The translations under genes and the position numbers were made by a program. The notes under the pieces were generated by a model. It was not told where the DNA came from. It made no database searches and saw nothing but the letters and a program-made list of their open reading frames with translations. From positions 62,001-126,000 of the forward strand of contig JAXLQJ010000009.1 of assembly GCA_046331705.1 (NCBI GenBank): a stretch of 64,000 nucleotides of DNA, in the 5' to 3' direction. Below, piece after piece: positions 12,692 to 23,206 of the stretch. This stretch comes from a bacterium. GTDB taxonomy: Bacteria > JADJOY01. Position 1 is the stretch's first letter. Every line of letters starts with the position of its first letter.

Positions 12692-14030
12692 TCAACACCC
12701 GCGCGTCACCCGCGCGCGTCGCCGCGTGAGCGTCACGGGAACGCCGAGCCGCTTCATCGCCGCGCCGACCAGGTAGAGCGAGCCGATGACCACCACGACT
12801 CCGTCGGCCCTTGCCAGCGCGCGAGCCCGGGAGAGCGCCCGCGGCCAGGGCGCGACCGCGTGGGCCGGCATTCCCGCTCGCCGCGCGGAATCGACGAGCT
12901 CCGCGGCGGCGACCGCGTCCGCGCGCGGCACGGTGGTGCACACGACCGCGTCCCAGGGCACGCGCCGCAGCGACCCGAGCAACCGCTCCGGCGACTTGGT
13001 GCGCAACGCACCCACCACCACCACGCGCGGACCCGCGAACGGGGCCACCAGCGCGCCCAGCGCTCGCGCCGATGCCGCAGCGCCGTGCGGGTTGTGCGCG
13101 CCGTCGAAGATCCACGTCGGGTGCCCGCGCACGACGTCGAGCCGTCCCGGCCAGCGTGTCTCGGCGAGCGCCGCGCGCACCGCCGCGGCGTCGACCGCGA
13201 GCCCGAGCTCCGCGATGCACTCGAGTGCCCGCAGCGCGAGCACCGCGTTGCCCACCTGATGCGCGCCGAGCAATCCGAGCGGCGCCCGCTCGAGCACCAA
13301 GCGCTTGCCGCGATAGCTCACCACCCCGCCCGCGCCGGCGCCGCGAGTCGCGAGCGGCGGCGTCTGCACCGCGATCCCGTGGGCGCGGGCGTGCGCATCG
13401 ATCACGCGCCGCGCGGCGCCGCTCGCGACGCGCGCAGCGTCCGCCCGGGCTCGCGATCTCGACTTTCTCGCGGGCGATGGCGCGCCGCGTGGTGCCCAGG
13501 AACTCGGTGTGGTCGAGCTCGACGTTGGTGAGCACGGCCACCGGCGCCAGGCCGACGTTGGTGGCGTCCCAGCGTCCGCCGAGCCCCACCTCGAGCACCG
13601 CCACGTCCACCCGGCGGCGCACCATCTCGAGCAACGCCACCACCGTCACGAGCTCGAAGTACGTGAGCCGCACCGCCGGCGGCCGCTCGATGGCGCGGCG
13701 GACCCGCGCGATGCCGTTCGCCAGCGCCGCCCAGCCGATGGCGGCGCCGTTCACCCGGATGCGCTCGCGCACGTCGACGAGATGCGGCGAAGTATAGAGG
13801 CCGACCGCGAGGCCGCTGCGTTGCAGCGCCGCCGCGATCAGCGCCGAGACCGAGCCCTTCCCGTTGGTGCCGCCCACCCGCACGATCCGTAGCCGTCGCT
13901 CCGGGTGATCGAGACGAGCGAGCGCCTCGCGCACCCGTTCGAGCCCCGGGCGGATGTCGCGCGGATCGATCGCGTCGAGGTAGCGAAGCGCCCGACGCCG
14001 GCGCGCCGTGGCGGCGTCGCTCCGCCGCAC
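12692..14030 (-). pseudogene. folC: Folylpolyglutamate/dihydrofolate synthase, frameshifted near 13435 as assembled (likely sequence error)
   Basis: GGTNGKGS, YTSPHL, LEVGLGGRWDATN, LDHTEFLG in one frame; LLGAHQVGNA, WPGRL, DGAHNPHG in ORF 12692..13405; start approximate. Confidence 0.85.
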
Positions 14031-14082
14031 CCATGACGGCAAGCGCGTGGCCGGCGAGCGACGACTCGACGAACGCGCGCGC

Positions 14083-15003
14083 TCAGGTCGTGCCGGAGAA
14101 CGCCTGCCCGTCGCCATTGCCTGCGCCGGTCGCGCCCTCGTGCGCCGAGAGGTACCGCCGGCTGCCGGGCGCGTGCGCCTGCCCCAGGAGCAGGCTCAGG
14201 ATGCGCGCCAGCGTCTCCTTCACGTGGCGTCGCTCGACGATGCGGTCGATGAAGCCGTGCTCGAGCAGGAACTCGGAGCGCTGGAATCCCTCGGGCAGCG
14301 TTTCCTTGATGGTCTGCTGGATCACCCGCGGACCCGCGAAGCCGATGAGCGCGCGCGGCTCGGCCAGGATCACGTCTCCGACGGTCGCGAAGCTCGCCAC
14401 CGTTCCTCCGGTGGTCGGATCGGCGAGCAGCGAGACGTAAGGCAGCCCCGCGCGGCGAAGCCGTACCAGCGCGCCGACCGTCTTCGCCATCTGCATCAAG
14501 CTCAGGGTGCCTTCCTGCATGCGGGCACCGCCGCTCGACGACACGATCACCACCGGCAGCCGATCGCGCATCGCCGCGTCCACGAGACGAACGATCTTCT
14601 CGCCCACCACCGAGCTCAGGCTGCCGCCGAAGAAGTGGAAGTCCATGACGCCGATCATGCAGGGCACGCCGCCCAGCCGGCACGAGCCCGTGACGATGGC
14701 CTCGCGCGAGCCCGTCTTCTTCTGGGCGTCGCGGACCCGATCGGGGTAGCGCGCCGGGTCCCGAAACCCGAGTGGATCGAGCGGCTCGAGCTCGGCGTCG
14801 AGCTCCTGGAAGCTCGACGCGTCGGTCATGATCGCGATCCGTTCGCGCGCGGAGATGCGGAAGTGATAGTTGCACTTCGGGCAGACGCTGAAGTTGCGCT
14901 CGACTTCCTTCTTGTAGAGCATCTGGCTGCACGCGTTGCACTTGAGCCAGAGCCCCTTGGGGATCGAGACGCGGCTCTCGCCTTCCTTCTTGAACCAGGC
15001 CAT
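14083..15003 (-). CDS. accD: Acetyl-CoA carboxylase carboxyltransferase beta subunit
   Basis: GLWLKCxxC...CPKC zinc finger, SGGARMQEG, PTTGG, GFAGPRVI, FQRSEFLLEHG. Confidence 0.96.
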   Translation of the reverse strand: MAWFKKEGESRVSIPKGLWLKCNACSQMLYKKEVERNFSVCPKCNYHFRISARERIAIMTDASSFQELDAELEPLDPLGFRDPARYPDRVRDAQKKTGSREAIVTGSCRLGGVPCMIGVMDFHFFGGSLSSVVGEKIVRLVDAAMRDRLPVVIVSSSGGARMQEGTLSLMQMAKTVGALVRLRRAGLPYVSLLADPTTGGTVASFATVGDVILAEPRALIGFAGPRVIQQTIKETLPEGFQRSEFLLEHGFIDRIVERRHVKETLARILSLLLGQAHAPGSRRYLSAHEGATGAGNGDGQAFSGTT

Positions 15004-15829
15004 CAGCGCGCTCTCCGGCGGGTGGCTGCCGGCACTCGATCGAGTGCCGCGCGCAACTCGCGCACGAACGAAGCCACTCGCTCACAGGCACCGCGCGCGC
15101 CCCCCGCGCCCGGTACGCGGCGAACCACCGCCGAGCCGACGATCACCCCGTCGGCCACCGCGGCGACCTCGGCGGCCTGCTCGGGCGTGCTGATGCCGAA
15201 GCCCACCAGCACCGGTCGATCCACGGCCCGCTGGACCGTGCGGATCCTCGCCGGCAGATCCGAACGCAGCTTGGTGCGCTCGCCGGTCACGCCCGTGAGC
15301 GACACGTAGTAGACGAAGCCGCGGCTTCTGCGGCCGATCTCGGCGAGCCGCGCCGCTTTGGTGGTGGGCGCGACGAGCAACACGGTGTCGATGTCGTGGG
15401 CGCGCAGCGGCCGAAGGTCTGCTCGCCGTCCTCGATGGGCAGGTCCGGGATGATGATGCCGTCGATGCCGGCGGCGCTCGCCGCCTGCGCGAAGCGCTCG
15501 GCGCCGAACGCGTGGATGGGGTTGATCGAGCCCATGAGCACCAGCGGCACGCGCACCTTCCCGCGAATCCGCGCCACCATGTCCAGGATCGCACGAAGCG
15601 TGGTGCCCGACGCCAGCGCACGTGCGTTCGAGAGCTGGATCACCGGGCCATCCGCGAGCGGATCCGAGAACGGGATGCCGAGCTCGATGGCGTCGGCGCC
15701 CGCCGCTTCGAGCGCGAAGATGAGCTTCTCGGTGGTCGCGAGGTCCGGATCGCCGGCGGTGATGAACGGCACCAGCACGCGACGACCGCTGGCGCGCGCC
15801 GCGGCGAAGGAGGTGGTGAGCCGGCTCAT
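15003..15829 (-). pseudogene. trpA: Tryptophan synthase alpha chain, frameshifted near 15410 as assembled
   Basis: PFITAGDP, ELGIPFSDPLADGPVIQ, DGIIIPDLP in first frame; LVAPTT, GFVYYVSLTGVTG, VGFGIS, DGVIVGSA in second frame. Confidence 0.88.
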
Positions 15830-15902
15830 CGTCGCCTCGCCACGAGCCACGGGCTGGGAACGCCGTCGGTGAGGGCCGCGGCGGCGACCGGATTCGGCGC
15901 CA

Positions 15903-17140
15903 TCAGGCGAGCTCCTTGGCGAGCCGCTCGGAGACCTTCATGACGTCCTTGTCGCCGCGTCCCGAAAGATTGAGCACCACCAGCTGTCCCTTGCGCAGTT
16001 GCTTGCGACGCGCGGCGCGGCGCACCCAGGCGATCGCATGCGCCGTCTCGAGCGCGGGGATGATGCCCTCCTTGCGCGCCAGATACTGGAATCCCTCGAG
16101 CGCCTCGTCGTCGGTGACCGCGTCGACCTCCAGACGGCCCTGCGCCTTCCACGCCGAGAGCTCCGGCCCCGAGCCCGGATAATCGAGGCCCGCCGAGATC
16201 GAGTGCGCGGGGAGGATCTGCCCGTCGGCGTCCTGCAACACGTAGCTCAGGCTGCCGTGCAGCACGCCCGGCTTGCCACGCCCCAGCGACGCGCCGTGCT
16301 GGCCGGTCGAGATGCCCAATCCCGCGGCTTCCACGCCGACCATGCGCACCTGCGCGGTCGGCGAGAAACGGATGGAAGAATCCACTGGCGTTCGAGCCGC
16401 CGCCGACGCACGCGACCAGGAGGTCCGGCAGCCGCTTGGTCGCCGCGCGAATCTGGCGCCGGGTCTCGCGTCCGATCACCGACTGGAGCTCGCGCACGAT
16501 CCACGGATACGGGTGCGGCCCGACGGCCGAGCCGATCACGTAATGGGTGCTCTCGACGTGGGTGGCCCAGTCGCGGATGGCCTCGCTGGTGGCGTCCTTG
16601 AGCGTGCGGGTGCCGGAGGTCACCGCCACCACGCGTGTTCCCATGAGCCGCATGCGGAAGACGTTGAGCGCCTGGCGATCGATGTCCTCTTCGCCCATGT
16701 AGACGACGCATTCGAGGCCGAAGAGCGCCGCCACGGTGGCGGTCGCGACTCCGTGCTGGCCGGCACCGGTCTCGGCGATGATGCGCTTCTTGCCCATCCG
16801 CCGCGCGAGCAGCACCTGGCCGATGGTGTTGTTGATCTTGTGCGCGCCCATGCTGACGAAGAAGTCCTCGCGCTTCAAGTAGAGCCGGATCGAGCTCTGC
16901 GCTGACCCGCGCCGCGCGGGTCAGCGGCGTCGGCCGGCCCACGTAGTTGCGCAGCAGGTCGTCGACCTCGCGGCGGAACGCACGATCCCGGCGCGCCTCG
17001 CGCCAGGCCCGCTCGAGCTCGACGCATGCGGGGACCACGGTCTCGGGGACGCCCCGGCCGCCGAAGGGACCGAAGCGCCCGTGCTCGTCGGGCACCGAAC
17101 CAACTCCCGCGTGAGCGCGCGGCTCGCGTGCGCGTCTCAC
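15903..17140 (-). pseudogene. trpB: Tryptophan synthase beta chain, frameshifts near 16885 and 16360 as assembled
   Basis: GRFGPFGG/YVGRPTPL, then [27 protein letters not shown], then [20 protein letters not shown] across three frames. Confidence 0.88.
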
Positions 17141-17772
17141 GAGCGGGCCTCGATCGCGGCGAAGGCATGGTGGGCGCGCTCCACGAATGTCCGTACCTTT
17201 CTCGGGTCCTTGCGACCGGGTGCCGCTTCGACGCCGCTCGCGACGTCGACGGCGTAGGGTTGCACCTGGCGCACGGCGTCGGCGACGTTCTCGCAATCCA
17301 GTCCGCCGGCGAGGATGAGCGGGAAGCGCCGCGCGGCGGCGCGCGCGAGATTCCAGTCGCCGCGCACGCCCGTGCCGCCGGCTTGCCCGGGCACGAACGC
17401 GTCCACCAGCACGGCGCTCGCGCCGTATTCCTCGACGCCTTCCAGATCCCGCTCGTCGCGGGCGCGGACGGCACGGATCACGCGTCGGCTCAAGCTGCGC
17501 GCGAGCTCGGGAGGCTCGGCGCCATGCAGCTGGATGACGTCCAGTCCCACTTGCGCCGCGATCGACTCGATCGACTCGCGGGATTCGTCGACGAAGACGC
17601 CCACGCGCGTCACGAAGGCCGGCAAGGTGCGGGCGAGCGGTGCGGCGACGGACGGATCGATCCAGCGCTTGCTGGCGCGATGGAAGTTGAAGCCGACCGC
17701 ATCGGCGCCCGCGTCCACCACCGCTTGCAGATCGCGCGCGGTGGTCACGCCGCAGATCTTCACGCGGATCAT
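17137..17772 (-). CDS. trpF: Phosphoribosylanthranilate isomerase
   Basis: RVKICGVT, VGVFVD, QLHGAE, GGTG, LAGGL, VDVASGVE. Confidence 0.95.
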   Translation of the reverse strand: MIRVKICGVTTARDLQAVVDAGADAVGFNFHRASKRWIDPSVAAPLARTLPAFVTRVGVFVDESRESIESIAAQVGLDVIQLHGAEPPELARSLSRRVIRAVRARDERDLEGVEEYGASAVLVDAFVPGQAGGTGVRGDWNLARAAARRFPLILAGGLDCENVADAVRQVQPYAVDVASGVEAAPGRKDPRKVRTFVERAHHAFAAIEARS

Positions 17773-18582
17773 CGGAGCCCGCCCCGCCCGAGGAGCGAAC
17801 GGATCTGGGCCACGGGATCGTCGGCGCGCATCAGCGACTCGCCCACCAGCACCCCGCGCACGCCGCTCTCGCCCACGCGCAGCACGTCCTCGCGCGTGAA
17901 GATGCCGGACTCGGAGACCACGGGGACGTGCCGCGGCACCTCGGGCGCGAGCGTGAGGGTGACGTCGAGCTTGGTCTCGAAGGTGGTGAGATCGCGGTTG
18001 TTGATGCCCACCAGATCGGAACCGCGCTCGAGCGCGAGATCGAGCTCGCGGGCCTGGTGGACCTCGACGAGCGTGTCGAGCCCCACCTCGCGAGCCGCGG
18101 CCAGAAGCTCGCCCAGCAGCGCGCGATCGAGCGCGGCCACGATCAAGAGCATCGCGTCGGCGCCGGCGGCGCGCGTCTCAAGGAACCTGATAGGGATCGA
18201 CGATGAAGTCCTTGCGCAGCACCGGGATCTCGGTGGCGTCGCGGGCACGCTCGAGGTCGTCGAGCGTGCCGCGGAAGAAGCCCTCGTCCGTGAGCACGCT
18301 CATCGCTTGCGCGCCACCGGCCGCATAGCTGCGCGCCCGCTCGGCGGGCTCGGCGCCGCTCGCGAGCTGGCCCTTCGACGGCGAGGCGCGCTTGAACTCG
18401 GCGATCAGCGCCGGCGCTTCCGGGCTCGCCTCGTCGATGCGTTTGCGGAACCCACGCGCGGCACCCCGCCCGAGCGCGGCGTCCTCGAGCGTGCGCAGGC
18501 TGTAGCGCTTGCGCAGCGCCAGCACTTCCTCGCGCTTGCGATCCAGGATCTGACGCAGCAGGCCTTCCGGTCGCGCGGTCAT
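17769..18582 (-). pseudogene. trpC: Indole-3-glycerol phosphate synthase, one extra base near 18183 as assembled
   Basis: [28 protein letters not shown] then CCT TGA; continues in shifted frame GADAMLLI, LVEVH, GINNRDL, SESGI, LVGESLM. Confidence 0.88.
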
Positions 18583-19187
18583 GGGCGTCGTCCTCGCCGG
18601 TCGTCCGTGGCGTTCGCGCCGACCTGGACGCGCAGGAAGTTGGCGAGCAGCTCGCGTCCGGACTCGGTGAGGATCGATTCGGGATGGAACTGGACTCCTT
18701 CCACCAGCCCATCCGCGGTGCGGACCCCCATGATCTCGCCGTCCTCGCTGCGCGACGTCACGGCGAGCTCCGCGGGTAGCGTCGCCTCGTCGATGGCGAG
18801 CGAGTGGTAGCGGGTGGCGCGAAACGGGTTGGCGAGCCCCCGATAGACGCCCGCGCCGTCGTGCCGGATCTCGGAGACCTTGCCGTGCATCAACCGGCGA
18901 GCGCGCACGATCTCGGCGCCGTACGCCGCACCGATCGACTGATGCCCCAGGCACACGCCGAGCAGTGGGATCTTGCCGCGGAAGCGCCGGATCAGCTCGA
19001 CGCTGATGCCCGCTTCCCGGGGCGTGCACGGCCCCGGCGAGATCACGACGTGGTCCGGCGCGAGGCTCGCGACCTCGTCGAGCCCGATCTCGTCGTTGCG
19101 CTTCACGACGACGTCCTCGCCGAGCTCGGCCAGGTACTGGACGAGGTTCCAGGTGAAGGAATCGTAGTTGTCGATCATGAGGAGCAT
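18579..19187 (-). CDS. trpG: Anthranilate synthase component II (glutamine amidotransferase)
   Basis: [33 protein letters not shown]. Confidence 0.93.
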   Translation of the reverse strand: MLLMIDNYDSFTWNLVQYLAELGEDVVVKRNDEIGLDEVASLAPDHVVISPGPCTPREAGISVELIRRFRGKIPLLGVCLGHQSIGAAYGAEIVRARRLMHGKVSEIRHDGAGVYRGLANPFRATRYHSLAIDEATLPAELAVTSRSEDGEIMGVRTADGLVEGVQFHPESILTESGRELLANFLRVQVGANATDDRRGRRP

Positions 19188-19188
19188 G

Positions 19189-20733
19189 TCAGGGCTCCTC
19201 CGCGGTCGCGCCGCCGCGCGGCACGCCTTCCACGAGACTCAGGTTCTCGAGCCCGCCGCGCGCCAGCTCCACCGCCTTGCGCGCCGCGCGGGCCTTGTTG
19301 ACCGTCTCGCGGTACTCGCGCTCGGGATCCGAGTCCGCGACCACGCCGCCGCCGGCCTGCACGTGGATCTCGCCGTTGGCGAGCACCAGGGTGCGGATGG
19401 TGATGCAGAAATCCATGTCGCCATTGAACGAGACCCAGCCCACGGCGCCGCCGTAGGGGCCGCGGTGGCTCGGCTCGAGCTCCTCGATGATCTCCATCGC
19501 GCGGATCTTGGGCGCGCCCGTGAGCGTCCCGGCCGGGAATGCCGAGCGCAGCGCGTCGAGCGCGTCGCGGTCCTCGCGCAGCCGGCCTTCCACGTGGGAA
19601 ACGAGGTGCATCACGTGACTGTAGCGTTCCACCACGGCCAGCTCGGGAACCCGCACCGTGCCGGCGCGCGCCACCCGCCCGACGTCGTTCCTGCCGAGAT
19701 CGACGAGCATCACGTGCTCGGCCATCTCCTTGGGATCGGCGCGCAGGTCACGCTCGAGCGCCTCGTCCTCGGCCACCGAGGCTGCGCGCGGCCGGGTGCC
19801 GGCGATCGGCCGGGTCATCACCTCGGCGCCCTCGACGCGCACCAGAAGCTCGGGCGACGAGCCCACCAGCATGCCCTCGTCGAAGCCGAGGAAGAACATG
19901 TAGGGCGACGGGTTCACCACGCGCAGCGCGCGGTAGAGATCGATGGGCCGGACGTCGAGCGTGGTGCTGAAGCGCTGCGAGGGCACCACCTGGATGATGT
20001 CGCCCGCCTGCACGTACTCCTTCGCCTTCTCGACGGCGCGGTGGTAGTCGGCGCGAGTGAAGTTCGAGCGCCACGCCGCCGGGCTCGAAGGCTCGGGCGC
20101 GCTCGGCTCGGGCGCGGCGAGCGGCGCGCGCAGCTCGCGGATCAGCTCCTCGATGTCCGCGACCGCGCGCGCGTAGGCGGCGTCCAGGTCCGGCTCCTCG
20201 TCGAGGAAGACGTTCCGGATCACCCGGATCGTGCCGCGCATGTTGTCGAAGACCAAGAGCGCGTCGGTGCGGCTCAGGTGCATGCGCGGGAAGCCGAGCA
20301 CCTCCGGCTTGCGATCGGGCAGACGCTCGAAATGCCGCACGATGTCGTAGGTGAGGTAACCCACGAAGCCCGCGGCGAGCCGCGGCAGCCCCGGCACGTC
20401 GACCGGGCGGTACCGTTCGAGCTCGCGGCGCAGCACGTCGAGCGGAGAGGCCCCCGGGTGCTCCTCGACCGTGTGCTCGCCGTCGACGATGCGCACACAC
20501 GCGCCGTCCGCGATCACCTGACGCGCGCCGAAACGCCCCAGGAAGCTGAAACGCGCCCAGCGCTCGCCGCCCTCGACGCTCTCGAGGAGGAACGCCTGGC
20601 GATCGCCACGGATCTTGAGGAAGGCGCTGAGCGGCGTGTCGAGGTCCGCCAGCACCTCGCGGCTCACGGGCACGACGTTGCCGCGCGAGGCCCAATCGCG
20701 GAATTGACGCAGGTCGGGAAAGCAAGGGCTCAT
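19189..20733 (-). CDS. trpE: Anthranilate synthase component I
   Basis: DTPLS, FLLESVEGG, GDIIQVV, NPSPYMF, PIAGT, EHVMLVDLGRND, FPAGTLTGAPK, QAGGGVVADS. Confidence 0.95.
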   Translation of the reverse strand: MSPCFPDLRQFRDWASRGNVVPVSREVLADLDTPLSAFLKIRGDRQAFLLESVEGGERWARFSFLGRFGARQVIADGACVRIVDGEHTVEEHPGASPLDVLRRELERYRPVDVPGLPRLAAGFVGYLTYDIVRHFERLPDRKPEVLGFPRMHLSRTDALLVFDNMRGTIRVIRNVFLDEEPDLDAAYARAVADIEELIRELRAPLAAPEPSAPEPSSPAAWRSNFTRADYHRAVEKAKEYVQAGDIIQVVPSQRFSTTLDVRPIDLYRALRVVNPSPYMFFLGFDEGMLVGSSPELLVRVEGAEVMTRPIAGTRPRAASVAEDEALERDLRADPKEMAEHVMLVDLGRNDVGRVARAGTVRVPELAVVERYSHVMHLVSHVEGRLREDRDALDALRSAFPAGTLTGAPKIRAMEIIEELEPSHRGPYGGAVGWVSFNGDMDFCITIRTLVLANGEIHVQAGGGVVADSDPEREYRETVNKARAARKAVELARGGLENLSLVEGVPRGGATAEEP

Positions 20734-20789
20734 CGTCGCTCGAGCGAGCGCACGCGGCGAAGACCGAGAGCGCGCTGGAAGAAACGCCG

Positions 20790-20817
20790 AGTATAGCGTC
20801 GCGACGCGGGATGGAAC
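20790..20817 (-). promoter_or_regulatory. Putative sigma70 promoter of the trp operon (-10 TATACT)
   Basis: TATACT at 20795-20790 on the minus strand, ~57 nt before trpE ATG; weak -35. Confidence 0.45.
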
Positions 20818-20823
20818 GGGACT

Positions 20824-21909
20824 TCAGCGACTCGACACGATCGCCGCACCACCGAACCCGGCGGCCGCCACTTTCTTCTGAGCGGCCTTCGCGTCCGCCA
20901 TCGTCTTGTAGCGGCCGACCCGCACGCGGTAGTGCGGCCCCGAAGGCAGATCCACCCTGGCCGCCGTGCCCTGGATGCCGTGCGCCTTGAGGCGCGTGAG
21001 GAGCTGATCCGCGTCCGTCTTGCTATCGAGCTCCGCCACCTGGATCACGAACCCGGGCGCCGCCTGCTCGTCCGGCTTGGGAGCCTTGGGTGGCGCCTCC
21101 GGAGCGATGGTGAGCTTGGGCGCGGACGCGCTGCGCGCGTCGCGCGGTGCTTCAGGCTTCTTGGGAGTCACGGGAGGCAGCGGCTTGGCGACGGCGACGT
21201 TGGTGTCGCGCGCATCGCGCGCCGCTGTGGCCACGTCCGTCTTGGGCGGCGTGGGCGCCGTCGGGGTGGGCGCCTTCACGGGTGGCGCCACGGGAGTCGC
21301 CGCCGTTCCTGCGCGCGAGCCTTCCGCCTCGCTGGCGGGCTTTGGCGAGGGGCTCCCCGCGGTCGAGCGAAACATGCCGTAGTCGACCGCGGGCGTCGGT
21401 ACCGGCGGCGTGACCTTGGCCACGCTCGCGGCCTCCGGCTTGGTGCTGGATGCGGCCGACGAGCCGCGCTCGCCGTGAGGGACGCTCGCGGTGGTGCTGG
21501 GCGCCGCCGTGACCGACGGCGCCGCCGCTGCCGCAACGGACGTTGCCGGCGCTGGCGCCGAGGACACCGGGGCCTTGGTCTCGCTGGCGACTGGCGCGGT
21601 CGGCTTCGTCGTGGGAGGCTCGCTCGAAGCAGGCTCGGGATCGTTGCGCGCGCCGCCGGCACCCTCGCCGCCGCGCTTCGGCGCCGTCGCGCCGTCGCGG
21701 CCCGCGTGCGCCTGCTCGGCGGCCCGTCCCTCGCGCTCGGCGACGCGCGACGGCTCGGCGCCCTCGTCGCGACGCAACAGATCGAGCTCGTGTCCGGCCT
21801 TCATTCCCAGCGCGAAGGCGAGCGCCACGACGATGAGCAATCCCACCAAGAGGCCGGCTGCCTTGAGCGGCGACGTCCCGTGCGATTGCGATGCGGAGCG
21901 GTAGTCCAT
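20824..21909 (-). CDS. SPOR-domain (DedD/FtsN-like) peptidoglycan-binding membrane protein
   Basis: N-terminal TM, long Pro/Ala/Thr linker, C-terminal FVIQVA...YRVRVGRY SPOR motif; ATG at 21909 after GAGGG. Confidence 0.85.
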   Translation of the reverse strand: MDYRSASQSHGTSPLKAAGLLVGLLIVVALAFALGMKAGHELDLLRRDEGAEPSRVAEREGRAAEQAHAGRDGATAPKRGGEGAGGARNDPEPASSEPPTTKPTAPVASETKAPVSSAPAPATSVAAAAAPSVTAAPSTTASVPHGERGSSAASSTKPEAASVAKVTPPVPTPAVDYGMFRSTAGSPSPKPASEAEGSRAGTAATPVAPPVKAPTPTAPTPPKTDVATAARDARDTNVAVAKPLPPVTPKKPEAPRDARSASAPKLTIAPEAPPKAPKPDEQAAPGFVIQVAELDSKTDADQLLTRLKAHGIQGTAARVDLPSGPHYRVRVGRYKTMADAKAAQKKVAAAGFGGAAIVSSR

Positions 21910-22039
21910 CTCGGTCCCTCTCGAGCGAGCTGCATACGCTCGATCGGGCCCCCGCCGCCGCTCGCGCCGAGCGGCCGGAGCCACGCGACGAGCGCGCGCG
22001 AGCTGCGAACGAGTTCCTAGCGGCTGGCGGAGGCCGCCG

Positions 22040-22399
22040 TCAAGGTGCTTCGCCGGGAGCGAACGTGACCGAGACCTCCGCCGACGCGTCGGCGCGGATC
22101 CCGGTCTCGACCCGGAACGAGACGGTCTCGAACGCGCCGACCCTTCCGCCGGCGCCGAGCGGCAAGACCACCACGATCGGCTGGCGATCGTCGCGCCGCA
22201 CGGCGATCTCGACCTGCGCCGCTTCCAGCGCGTGCTCGCTCAGGTTGAACGCGCGCCCCTCGACCACCAAGGAGCCGTCGCTCGCGATCGTACGCAGCAC
22301 GGGTCCATCCTGGATGAGCCCGGAATCGCTCGAGCTCGCGCAGCCGAGCGCGAGAAGCAAGACCAGCGCCGCAACACCGAGCCGTCCGCGCTGTTTCAT
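22040..22399 (-). CDS. Small lipoprotein, probable Ig-like beta-sandwich
   Basis: MKQRGRLGVAALVLLLALGC lipobox; ATGA overlap with the upstream gene; VEGRAFNLS pattern. Confidence 0.7.
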   Translation of the reverse strand: MKQRGRLGVAALVLLLALGCASSSDSGLIQDGPVLRTIASDGSLVVEGRAFNLSEHALEAAQVEIAVRRDDRQPIVVVLPLGAGGRVGAFETVSFRVETGIRADASAEVSVTFAPGEAP

Positions 22400-23202
22400 C
22401 GCCGCGGCCCCCGATCCTCGACCGGCTTGCGCGCCAGCTTGTCGAGCTGAATGACCTTGCCCCGTCCCGACTCGTTCGCGGGACGCACCGGGACCGGGCT
22501 CTCGACCTCGTCGGGCTCGCCTTCGTGGTCGCGAATGATCTGCCCGAGGAGGCGGTGCTGAATCTTGAGCGCGCCGATGGCGTGCTCCTTGAGGTAGCCC
22601 TTCTCGAAGACCGTCACCCGATCTCGGCGATTGAGCGACACCACGGTCAGGCACACCTGGAAGCTGAGCAGCACGAACAGCACGAGCTGGAAGAAGAGCC
22701 ACGCGGGATCGAGCACCGACTGCTCGGCGATCCGACGGCGGTCGTGCTCGATCACCAGCGTGCCGAAGATCGGATCGCCGGCGGCGCCCATCGGGATCGA
22801 GATGGCCACCTTGCGCAGCGTGCGGATCACGTCGACCTGCGCGGGACGCAGCTTGGCGGCGTCGCTCGCGCTGGCGAGCGCGCCGACCTCGGCGCGGGGC
22901 GCTTGCTGGAACTCGGGGCGCCACTGCTCGCCGGTCTCGATCACGGTCGGCGTGCGGCGCTTGTTCATCTCGGAGAAGAACGCGGGCCCGGCCTCGCGCA
23001 CGTTCGCGTTGGGCCGCGCGCGGAAGAACGCCTCGGCCTCGTTGACCGCGTGCTCGCCGTCCACGCGGCTCTGCAGGACCACGCGCTGCTCGGCTCGGTC
23101 GAACTCGAGCCACGCGTTCGAGACCAAGAGCAGCACCACCATCGCCTCGCCGGCGATCATGCCCAGCACGAGCTTGCGGCGTTGGCGCATCGAATTCGTC
23201 AC
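22396..23202 (-). CDS. Two-TM membrane protein with periplasmic sensor-like domain and short cytoplasmic tail
   Basis: Hydrophobic segments at ~aa 11-32 and ~167-190; starts 4 nt after the XRE stop; coding-like codon usage. Confidence 0.7.
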   Translation of the reverse strand: MTNSMRQRRKLVLGMIAGEAMVVLLLVSNAWLEFDRAEQRVVLQSRVDGEHAVNEAEAFFRARPNANVREAGPAFFSEMNKRRTPTVIETGEQWRPEFQQAPRAEVGALASASDAAKLRPAQVDVIRTLRKVAISIPMGAAGDPIFGTLVIEHDRRRIAEQSVLDPAWLFFQLVLFVLLSFQVCLTVVSLNRRDRVTVFEKGYLKEHAIGALKIQHRLLGQIIRDHEGEPDEVESPVPVRPANESGRGKVIQLDKLARKPVEDRGPRR

Positions 23203-23206
23203 GCGT

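Noticed and set aside
12670-12695. TTGACA upstream of lptD (and another at 57552-57557)
   Set aside because: Each overlaps the upstream gene's stop codon and lacks a convincing -10 at 16-18 nt.
9705-14117. 1470-aa ORF looking like a FolC-LptD fusion
   Set aside because: Artefact of the folC frameshift near 13435; the true folC C-terminus is in ORF 12692..13405 and lptD has its own ATG and signal peptide.
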